Shown piece by piece: positions 47,061 through 54,858 of a DNA stretch of 64,000 bases. Numbering within the stretch: position 1 is the stretch's first letter; the number at the start of each line of letters is the position of its first letter. Position numbers and translations under genes: made by a program. The notes under the pieces are model-generated. The model was not told where the DNA came from. It was given only the letters and a program-made list of their open reading frames with translations, and did not search any database. Source of the DNA: a virus (lineage: Duplodnaviria > Caudoviricetes); IMG/VR virus record IMGVR_UViG_3300035498_000698, positions 7,863 through 71,862 of that record. One strand, given 5' to 3'.

Positions 47061-47289
47061 AAGAAATCTTTTTCTTTTGATATAATAATTATATCATAAA
47101 ATTTTTAAAAAATCAATAAAATATAAATTGACTTGTTTCTAAAAGTAAATCTTCTAAGTATAATATATATAAAGATAATTTTTTTCATAACAGAAAACTA
47201 TCAAAAAACTGAGAAAGAGGAAAGAATGTCTTGTTTTATTATTTTAAAAAAGGTACAAGACTTATAAAACCTACAAAATTATAATTTTC

Positions 47290-47640
47290 TACATATCCGC
47301 AGATGAAGGATTGATTTACCTTCGTTTACTACCTCATAAGATAGTCGTGCTAATAAATCATTTTACACTAATCTGCACTATGGACCAAAATACTAATAAT
47401 CTTAATTTTGTGTAATACCAGTTTTTACACTTGCGGCATTTGAGGCAATCCGCATTTTCGACGTCACTGGATTTTGCCACCAATTCTCTTTTAAGGATAA
47501 CAGAATTGCAAATGAAACCCTGCTTACCTAGCTTTCTTAGGGACAGTTCATCTTGAACCATCTAGTCAAGATCATAAGAACGATTCATCTAGCTGCGTCA
47601 TTCTCTTTTTGTTAAATGACTCTTGTAATAATTCATTTAA
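47290..47640 (-). ncRNA. unassigned structured RNA
   Basis: Dense hairpins (AUCUUGA/UCAAGAU, CAAUUCU/AGAAUUG, UGCGG/CCGCA, GUGUAA/UUACAC, GCAGAU/AUCUGC). Confidence 0.45.
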
Positions 47641-47653
47641 TTACTTAGAGTGA

Positions 47654-47727
47654 TTGCTACGCTCCAGAGTTGAACTGGATTTCCCGAGCTTATGAGGCTC
47701 AGTAAGATATCCGACCTTCCGCCAGCT
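47654..47727 (-). tRNA. tRNA-Met(CAU), initiator-like, irregular acceptor stem
   Basis: UGAGC-CUCAUAA-GCUCG; T arm UCCAG-UUCAACU-CUGGA. Confidence 0.7.
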
Positions 47728-47921
47728 TTTATAAAATTATATAAAATGAACCAATTTTTTTAGGATGTGAGAAAGCCACTCCTCTACCCAGCATAATATA
47801 TGTAAGATTTACTTTGCTTTTTATATACCGTTTCCACAAGCTACATATCTCTTAATTAGAGCCAGTAGTAGTTTAATCTTACAAAATCCATGTAACGGTT
47901 TCTCGCTAATTAAAAGCGAAA

Positions 47922-47996
47922 TCACCCGACGGGAGCACGATTCCCGATTTCAGCCTTGAAAGGGCTGGATCCTAGTCCGATTTAGACGACCGGGTG
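47922..47996 (-). tRNA. tRNA-Glu(UUC)
   Basis: CAGCC-CUUUCAA-GGCUG; non-canonical T loop AUCGUGC. Confidence 0.85.
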
Positions 47997-48067
47997 TCAA
48001 TTGGTATATTATTTTTTAAGGCGTACCGACCTTAAAAGAGAGGTTAAACAAAAACTATCTGTCTGAA

Positions 48068-48132
48068 ACGCTTCTGTGAGAATCGAACTCACATCTCCTG
48101 CGCAGCCGCTTTGCCAATTAAGCTAAGAAGCA
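48068..48132 (-). tRNA. 65-nt tRNA with anticodon arm reduced to CUG-CG-CAG
   Basis: Perfect acceptor, D and T arms; no anticodon loop. Confidence 0.75.
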
Positions 48133-48331
48133 TTTTAGAGACGCCTCGAAGAAGGCTGCTAAGAATCTAGCTTCGATATTTGGTTCTCTAAAATAAGCAG
48201 TTTCTAATCATACTTAGGATTTCGCGTGAACGGATGTTACTTTTTAACGAGTTCTACAACTACCAACTACTCCTCGGTTCTAGTTGCTATTTTTAAGAGT
48301 CAGCATACTATTTAATAAAAATATCTCTTAA

Positions 48332-49145
48332 CTGGCTAGACAGGACTTGAACCTGCAACAACGCGGTTAATCAAAAATTAAGATTTGAACTTAAACCAAT
48401 GCCCATTGTTCATCAGTAAAACTATTTATATCCTTTTTTCTACTTGGTAAATTTTCAGTCTTACACCATTTAGTAATTGCTTTATCACTAACTCCATACT
48501 GCTCCCCTATTTTTGTAAAAGGAACTGTCCTAATAAGCTGTTTTAAAGTATCTCTATCTGGTCTTTCAACTATTCGAGATTGTTTTTTAGAACAATCTTC
48601 ACATAAACCACTTTTAGAATATCTTGTAATTTTTTTACCACAATTTGAACAAAAATATATTTTTTTATCTGATTGTTGTCCTTTGCTTTCTCTTAATTGA
48701 TTAGCAATATTTTCATCATAAACTTTATATTTATATAATTCTTCTTTAGAAAAAAGTTTATCGTGAATTTCTCTATGACAATTCGCACAAACTAAAATAC
48801 ATTTTTTTACTTCTGCTAAATCTTTTTCCAAATCATGGCAAGTTCCATTAGAAGAAATACCATATAATTTTTCTTCAGCATTGATATGATGAAATTCTAA
48901 AGCTGAATTAGTCTTATGATAACCACATATATTACACTGATTACCACATACTTTAATCAAATTATCTTTTCTTCTTCTTCTATAATTACTTGTTTCTGTT
49001 GCACCCATATTTTCACTCCTTTATTTTTCATATATAATATGAAAAATAAACCAATATGGTTAATTACTGTTGTCCAATGTTCATTTATGCTACTTAACAC
49101 CATTTTCGCACAGCCGCGTGCTACTACCAACTGAGCTACATCCCA
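48332..49145 (-). tRNA. tRNA-Asn(GUU) interrupted in the anticodon by a 740-nt HNH-encoding insert
   Basis: 5' half 49110-49145 and 3' half 48332-48369 join to ACGCGG-CUGUUAA-CCGCGU; G73. Confidence 0.75.
48391..49008 (-). CDS. HNH homing endonuclease within tRNA-Asn
   Basis: CNICG..ALEFHH..CILVCANCHREIH; zinc ribbon; C-terminal HTH. Confidence 0.85.
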   Translation of the reverse strand: MGATETSNYRRRRKDNLIKVCGNQCNICGYHKTNSALEFHHINAEEKLYGISSNGTCHDLEKDLAEVKKCILVCANCHREIHDKLFSKEELYKYKVYDENIANQLRESKGQQSDKKIYFCSNCGKKITRYSKSGLCEDCSKKQSRIVERPDRDTLKQLIRTVPFTKIGEQYGVSDKAITKWCKTENLPSRKKDINSFTDEQWALV

Positions 49146-49534
49146 AAATTTTTATTTCTTAACTTTTATATAAATATTATAACAAAAATTTTTTAAAAAA
49201 TCAATATAACCATCGGGGTTGCAGAAGCGTTTATTAAACTGTGTACCACGCACAGTATGATTTTTGTCCCCGTGCTAAATAGCAACTATTCTCTTTAGAT
49301 TATATTGATAGATAAGAATTTTTTCCTTATACAGCACTCCTTGCATTTTATTGCGTGGTCTGTTGCTTTAATGATAATTTCGGTCTTAAACTCAAAACTA
49401 CCACCAAAACTCAGGGTTTCTGGTTTGAAAAATATTTATAAAAACAAATACTATAAACCCTTTTTCTTTGTTTTTTCTTATCATATAAATATTATAACAA
49501 AAATTTTTGTAAAAAGCAAATGTTTTTTATTTAC

Positions 49535-49861
49535 TTAAACACCGTATCTATACCCGTAATGCAAAAGTAAATCTTCAATATTTTTTCTTCCAACTGGATT
49601 TAAACTATGACATTCAAATCCATAAATAGGAAGTTCATTCTCCACAATATATTTAGCAACATCATAACCTGTTTGTTTACATCCTAAATCGTGGTCAAGA
49701 GCAACATAAACTTGTGAATCGCGGCAATACTGCTCTAAGGCGGAAATAGCCTGCCTATAAGTTCTACATATCACGATTTCGCCCATCCACTTCATATAGG
49801 TAGGTACATCTCTTTCATCATCTACCCAAATTAAAGTTTTTATTTTGCTCATAATTATCAC
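49535..49861 (-). CDS. cyclic-phosphate-processing receiver-like domain protein
   Basis: IWVDDER..CRTY..ALDHDLG..GYDVAK..HSLNPVGRKNI pattern. Confidence 0.7.
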   Translation of the reverse strand: MIIMSKIKTLIWVDDERDVPTYMKWMGEIVICRTYRQAISALEQYCRDSQVYVALDHDLGCKQTGYDVAKYIVENELPIYGFECHSLNPVGRKNIEDLLLHYGYRYGV

Positions 49862-49926
49862 TTCCTTATCTTTATTATGTATATATTATAATATATTTTT
49901 AATAAAAAATCAATAAGAAAGTATAA

Positions 49927-49998
49927 CAGGGGCTCTGGGACTCGAACCCAGACCGCTGGTTTTGGAGACCAGAACGCTGCCAATTACGCCAAACCCCT
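49927..49998 (-). tRNA. tRNA-Trp(CCA)
   Basis: CUGGU-CUCCAAA-ACCAG. Confidence 0.9.
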
Positions 49999-50051
49999 AA
50001 AATTCTACATTCCGTTTAACTCGGATAAGAATGTAGATATAAAACCGAGTA

Positions 50052-50909
50052 TCACTTGAACTGATGGTCTTGAATGATATATTTAGCATTTTTTACATAT
50101 CTACTAAAATATAAACAACCACTCAAATCAACAGTTCCACCATTATAATAAACTGTTTTATTCCCTTGCAAAGCATATTTCGCAGAAGTGATAATTTCTT
50201 CAGGCATTTCTCCATTATCATAACGATTTAAAGCCTTATTAAAAGAACCATTATTCACTGGAGAAAACTGATATGGTTCGTTAATTACATCATAAATAGT
50301 ATCTTTATATACTTCAGATTCTACTCTGTTCATAACGACAATTCCAACTGCTTGCTGTCCAGCTTCACATTGATTACCAGCTTCCGCCCATATGATAGCA
50401 GACAAATACCTCAAGTCTGATTCTGAAATTTGGCTATCTTCTAACTGCTGTTCAATACTATCCGCAATATTTTCTGGTTCATCAATAGAAATAAATTCAT
50501 TAGAAATATAATATTCTTCTCCATTTATTTCTATAATATCCCAATCAGGTTCTATATTAACCCCAACTCTATGCAACTTAGTACCGACCGCCGCGGTTAT
50601 CAATATATCACTATTTACATCTGCACTAGTGCGTATGTTTACACGCTTTAAAGTATAAACATAATCTGACACCTCTTTAAATTGGTTTTCATTTTCTATG
50701 ATTTCTTCCTCTTGTGCTTTAACCAATTCTGTCACATTTTTTTCAATTACAAGCGGAGCTTCGGTTGTAATATCTTCCACTTCAACTTCTGTAACAGTCG
50801 CAATTTCAGTTGTATCTATTTGCTTTTGGCTATTGGTTAATATAACACAAGGAGTTGCGACAAAAAATCCTATAAGAATACCTGCCGCAATAATTCTTTT
50901 TAACTGCAT
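50052..50909 (-). CDS. SleB-like cell wall hydrolase with signal peptide and SH3b domain
   Basis: VNIRTSA..W (SH3b); LSAIIWAEAG..AVG.VVMNRV..QFSPV (Hydrolase_2). Confidence 0.85.
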   Translation of the reverse strand: MQLKRIIAAGILIGFFVATPCVILTNSQKQIDTTEIATVTEVEVEDITTEAPLVIEKNVTELVKAQEEEIIENENQFKEVSDYVYTLKRVNIRTSADVNSDILITAAVGTKLHRVGVNIEPDWDIIEINGEEYYISNEFISIDEPENIADSIEQQLEDSQISESDLRYLSAIIWAEAGNQCEAGQQAVGIVVMNRVESEVYKDTIYDVINEPYQFSPVNNGSFNKALNRYDNGEMPEEIITSAKYALQGNKTVYYNGGTVDLSGCLYFSRYVKNAKYIIQDHQFK

Positions 50910-50990
50910 TTCTTTTCTTACCTTTCTTCTAGTTATTTGCGAAAAAACTCAAAAAACTATCAGAACAAGTATAGAAAATAATATAAAAAA

Positions 50991-51260
50991 TTATTTTCTT
51001 AAAAAAGATTTCCAATAATTTAACCATTCATCATAGGAATATCTTTCTCTTATCCAAGTTTTCTCATACCAATCTTGAATAGCTTGTTCCATGCTCCATC
51101 TGTATGCCCATTCATGCGATTTCACTGAAAATCGCCTATATGAGCCTCCTTTTGGAATTTCCGCAAGCTTATCATGTCTGAGTCGCCGGTTCAGATAACG
51201 ATAATCTTCTGTTTCTTGTCTTACTATTGAGAACTTTTTATAAGACCTTGACATATGCAA
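50991..51260 (-). CDS. hypothetical basic protein
   Basis: 89-aa ORF, MSRSYKK start, SD GGAGG. Confidence 0.6.
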   Translation of the reverse strand: MHMSRSYKKFSIVRQETEDYRYLNRRLRHDKLAEIPKGGSYRRFSVKSHEWAYRWSMEQAIQDWYEKTWIRERYSYDEWLNYWKSFLRK

Positions 51261-51286
51261 TACCTCCTAATATAGAGTATTACATA

Positions 51287-51868
51287 TTAAACATCTCCCT
51301 TCCATTGATGGCGGCTTTTGCTTTGAGACTTCCAGTTTCTTTCTCTACAACGAGTCCAATCATCCCACCAGCCATCTGGCACATCTTTTACACTACCTCG
51401 ATTAAATTCCTTATATTCTGGATTTGCATACATAGCTTTTAAATGCTTAATACGACGAGGACGAACAGATGGACCGCCGCGTCTACCACCAGTATAAGGA
51501 ACAGGAGTTTCTCTAAAAGTGCCTTTATAAGTTTTATTTTTGTGCCAATAAAAATAATTATTTTTGTCCTTATCCGCCACATTACGCAAATATTTACAAA
51601 AATAATTCCAAGCATCATTTTTATATGCGGTTGCAGTTATATTTCTGCCATACCCATCAAAAAAATGCTCTGAAAAACGAGGATTTGAATACTTATCATC
51701 ATACCCTCTTTCATAAAAATGGTCAATTATACCTAAATAACGATAACCATTTGCAAGATATTTAATTAAATCCTGCTCGCTCCCAATACGAGTAATTCTA
51801 TAAGTCTGATGAATACGACCTACATAATGCTCTACAAAAATATCACTTTTATTTTCAATTTGATACAT
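51287..51868 (-). CDS. hypothetical basic protein
   Basis: 193-aa ORF ending WDD..R..ERNWKSQSK.RHQWK. Confidence 0.6.
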   Translation of the reverse strand: MYQIENKSDIFVEHYVGRIHQTYRITRIGSEQDLIKYLANGYRYLGIIDHFYERGYDDKYSNPRFSEHFFDGYGRNITATAYKNDAWNYFCKYLRNVADKDKNNYFYWHKNKTYKGTFRETPVPYTGGRRGGPSVRPRRIKHLKAMYANPEYKEFNRGSVKDVPDGWWDDWTRCRERNWKSQSKSRHQWKGDV

Positions 51869-51964
51869 AAGATTTCTCCTTTCAAAAAAGTTAATCTACC
51901 ATATATCAAATTTTCTTTGCTCACATACTCTGTGCATATTATCTTCTCCTTATAAAATTTATAA

Positions 51965-52089
51965 TGACGAGAGTAGGACTCGAACCTACATGGCACTAAG
52001 CCGCCGGATTTTAAGTCCGTGAGTGCCGCTATGGTTTATATCTAAACCCAGATGGTTCCGGTGCGTCTCTCCAATTCCGCCATCTCGTC
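51965..52089 (-). tRNA. tRNA-Leu(UAA) with a 41-nt insertion in the 5' strand of the anticodon stem
   Basis: Removing 52016-52056 restores an 84-nt cloverleaf CCGGA-CUUAAAA-UCCGG. Confidence 0.75.
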
Positions 52090-52091
52090 AA

Positions 52092-52208
52092 AAAGAAGGG
52101 TGGGGCTCGAACCCACGACAATCAGCTTGCCCAAAAAAGATTGCAGTTACAGGTTATTTCTAATCTAATTTTAATTGGCTGATGCTCTCCCAGCTGAGCT
52201 ACCTTCTT
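52092..52208 (-). ncRNA. tRNA scaffold whose anticodon loop is replaced by a 51-nt insert containing UAACUGCAA
   Basis: AAGAAGG/CCUUCUU acceptor, canonical D and T arms, UCAGC/GCUGA stem closing 52127-52177. Confidence 0.75.
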
Positions 52209-52210
52209 AG

Positions 52211-52283
52211 TACGGGCGCAAGGAATCGAACCTCGAATCGCTGGATATAAGCCAGGTGCAACGCACCACATCACCTCGCCCGC
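52211..52283 (-). tRNA. tRNA-Ile(UAU)
   Basis: CUGG-CUUAUAU-CCAG; cloverleaf, A73. Confidence 0.8.
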
Positions 52284-52525
52284 GTATAATCCTCATAGTT
52301 TCAGCAGCATCCTATATTATGAGGTAGTTTTATAGAGGTTTTTCGCCTCTGGAGGGTCTTTATCCGTATTCGTTCTTGGGGATATTTCCAATCTATACAT
52401 ATCTTCTTAAACAAAAGCCACCCCGCATCTGCACCCTACACTACAACGCTCACCGACAAGTTTAAAGACTCCATTCGGACTGTCTATTGATTATAAAAAT
52501 ATTATATCACAAATTTTATGAAAAA

Positions 52526-52816
52526 TCAAACAATAAAATTAGCCTTTCTTGCCATGTTATTAATCCATAGCACATATTTATGACAACTAGCATAGTCTTT
52601 CCACGAAAACAAAAGAACATCATTAGGCTCATAATAAGATTCAATATCTGCGTGAAATTCATCTTTAAGTAAAAGAATATAATCTGTTAATGACATTCCT
52701 AACATTCTCGCGGGAACCCACCATTTTCCAGATATACCTGCTAAATCCTGCACATCATTACAACGCCATCTTCCGCAGGCACCTTCCCATTCACTAACCT
52801 TATACAAATGAGCCAT
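52526..52816 (-). CDS. hypothetical protein
   Basis: 96-aa ORF with SD. Confidence 0.6.
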   Translation of the reverse strand: MAHLYKVSEWEGACGRWRCNDVQDLAGISGKWWVPARMLGMSLTDYILLLKDEFHADIESYYEPNDVLLFSWKDYASCHKYVLWINNMARKANFIV

Positions 52817-52828
52817 AATGCTGCCTCC

Positions 52829-53149
52829 TTATAAGCCCAATTTACTAATTAAATCTGCTACCGCCTGCTTCTCTTCTGCAGAAGGCTCTACTGGTGCACT
52901 AACTGGAGATGTTCCAGCAACCTCTTTAAACACAGTTGCAGGAGTTACTGAAGCTGTTGCACCTGGCACTGCTGTATCTCCACCATTTTCTACATTTGTC
53001 TTAGCCGCGGTAAGTACACATTTAATCTGAATAACTTCTCCATCTTCAGTCATAGGGATACGAATTTCTTTATCATAACGAAAAGAACCAGGAAATGTCG
53101 CTAAAATTCCAGCCATTACCTGTTCTTTTGATGCTGCTCCTCTTGCCAT
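52829..53149 (-). CDS. hypothetical protein
   Basis: 106-aa ORF with SD. Confidence 0.6.
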   Translation of the reverse strand: MARGAASKEQVMAGILATFPGSFRYDKEIRIPMTEDGEVIQIKCVLTAAKTNVENGGDTAVPGATASVTPATVFKEVAGTSPVSAPVEPSAEEKQAVADLISKLGL

Positions 53150-53164
53150 CTTATTCTCCTTTCT

Positions 53165-53368
53165 TTATCTCATATCGCTTGTCATTTCTACTACATCTGC
53201 CGCAGCTAACCTTAACATATCATAAAACTCTAAAACGCCCATACCATTCTTCTGTGCCATCATTTCCATAATAATACACAAAGTTGGTAAAGATAACTCT
53301 CCAAAAGAATCTAATGTTTCAGTTATTGCCTTTGCAGTAGCAGTACATACTAATGTAGCTTCATTCAT
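53165..53368 (-). CDS. hypothetical protein
   Basis: 67-aa ORF after a promoter. Confidence 0.55.
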   Translation of the reverse strand: MNEATLVCTATAKAITETLDSFGELSLPTLCIIMEMMAQKNGMGVLEFYDMLRLAAADVVEMTSDMR

Positions 53369-53427
53369 ATCTATTCACCTTTCCTTTTCATTTTCTATAA
53401 ATATTATATCAAAATTTTAATAAAAAA

Positions 53428-53913
53428 TCAATGAATGTCATTTACCTTGTAAAAATTTAAAATAGCGGGTTGTAATTCATTCCATAATATAATCATTTCT
53501 TCTTTATGTTGCATCATATAATTTAATCCCCATTCTGTTGCTATTATTTCATCAGGTAAATTAAAATATTTAAAATTATTTTCTTTTGTATTTTGACTAT
53601 TAGTTGCATTAATTTCATCTTTTACTCTTCTGCAATAGTCATATGTATCATCATCAATTTCGTCTAAAGTTTCATGATGCCCCAGCTCATGCATCAACGA
53701 CAGTAGAAAAGTGTCACATTTTAAATCAGGCATCAATGCATGAGCAAACTCTTGAAACCATATATCACTATTAGTAGAAACTACAAGAGCATAATTGATT
53801 AAATTATGAGCATCCCAATAACAAAAATCTTCTCCTATATCAGCAGTGCAATCAAAAGGCTCAAGAAATCTGTTTAATATATCATTAATTTCATTTATAC
53901 CTTGTAATTTCAT
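53428..53913 (-). CDS. HExxH metallopeptidase-like protein
   Basis: LMHELGHHET plus downstream E (LPDEIIAT). Confidence 0.55.
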   Translation of the reverse strand: MKLQGINEINDILNRFLEPFDCTADIGEDFCYWDAHNLINYALVVSTNSDIWFQEFAHALMPDLKCDTFLLSLMHELGHHETLDEIDDDTYDYCRRVKDEINATNSQNTKENNFKYFNLPDEIIATEWGLNYMMQHKEEMIILWNELQPAILNFYKVNDIH

Positions 53914-53970
53914 ACTTTACACCTCTTTCTTTTTACTATATAAATATTATAATATATAATAAAAAGAAAA

Positions 53971-54795
53971 TCAATTTTTTTCAAAGTCTGTGAACATAAG
54001 ACCATCTTTCTCAAGTTGCGCGGATAGCTGCTCTGTAGCTTCACATATTCGGCATCCTCTCCCCTTTAAGCAACGCTTCCCGCATCCTATACGGCGTTCC
54101 GAAAAACTTGGTAAAAGAAAACGACTATCAAGTTCTCCATCAAAACTTAAAATTACTTCATTTAATTTACCAAACCATTTCTTATCTATTGCATATATTT
54201 TATAATATGTAGCAATAGTTTCTGGTTTACCAAAAAACTCATATACATCTACATATTTTTCGTACCAAACAGTATCTTCAGGTCTTATAAAAAATTTCTT
54301 TAATGCGGGAGTATCGCTCCAATGGGATTGAGCTACATTCGGAAAACATCTAACTTCAATATTAAATGAATGAAGTATTTCCGCAACTTTATCTAATTCA
54401 AAACCTAAATCTTCTGTAATATAAATACTGGAAGGCTTAAGATTGATATATCCCCATAAAGTATCCCAATCACTAACAAAGCAATTAAAAAAATATTTAT
54501 GCTGAATTTCGCTATTAATAATCATAGCATATAGTTCTTTAACATCTTCCGCATATGAATTTAATTTAAAACAAAAATTTAATTCTGGATGCTCTGTTGC
54601 GATAGCATCAAATATTTTAATACAATTATGAGCAATAAAGTCTTTTTCATCTTTAATGTAAATGTTAATTCTCTTCTCTTGATGTTGTATTAAAAAATCA
54701 ATCAATGAAGTATCTTTTCTATTATAAATAATAGTAATTTCATCTACATCATTAAGATATTTAAAACCTTTCTGATAATCAACACAATATTTCAT
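53971..54795 (-). CDS. hypothetical protein, possibly peptidase U32-like
   Basis: FIRPED..YE..D motif and C-terminal C-x3-C-x4-C-x2-C cluster; weak recall. Confidence 0.4.
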   Translation of the reverse strand: MKYCVDYQKGFKYLNDVDEITIIYNRKDTSLIDFLIQHQEKRINIYIKDEKDFIAHNCIKIFDAIATEHPELNFCFKLNSYAEDVKELYAMIINSEIQHKYFFNCFVSDWDTLWGYINLKPSSIYITEDLGFELDKVAEILHSFNIEVRCFPNVAQSHWSDTPALKKFFIRPEDTVWYEKYVDVYEFFGKPETIATYYKIYAIDKKWFGKLNEVILSFDGELDSRFLLPSFSERRIGCGKRCLKGRGCRICEATEQLSAQLEKDGLMFTDFEKN

Positions 54796-54819
54796 CTATA
54801 TCTCCTTATAAAATAAAAT

Positions 54820-54846
54820 AAGGTAGAGGTAACTACCTCTACCTTA
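54820..54846 (-). terminator. intrinsic terminator
   Basis: ATAAGGTAGAGGT/ACCTCTACCTTAT inverted repeat. Confidence 0.75.
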
Positions 54847-54858
54847 TCAGGTTTTATA

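Noticed and set aside
47226-47262. 13-aa plus-strand ORF after a TATAAT box
   Set aside because: Too short to support; -35 spacing poor
48370-49111. Group II intron reading (GUGCG at G34, AU at the 3' end) or classical group I intron
   Set aside because: Those boundaries would leave a 5-nt anticodon loop; no domain V, no terminal G, and too little non-coding sequence for either core
43812-49430. tmRNA or RNase P RNA
   Set aside because: No tmRNA tRNA-like ends with G3.U70/UUCGAC and no RNase P GAGGAAAGUCC or AACAGAA..GGCUUA signatures recognised
43536-49538. ORFs 43536+, 44459+, 47358-, 48916+, 49305+
   Set aside because: Overlap tRNA or structured RNA genes or the HNH gene; no coding signals
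42360-52500. CRISPR array interpretation of the repeated elements
   Set aside because: No constant repeat with regular spacers; shared parts are short motifs and variable stems; no cas genes
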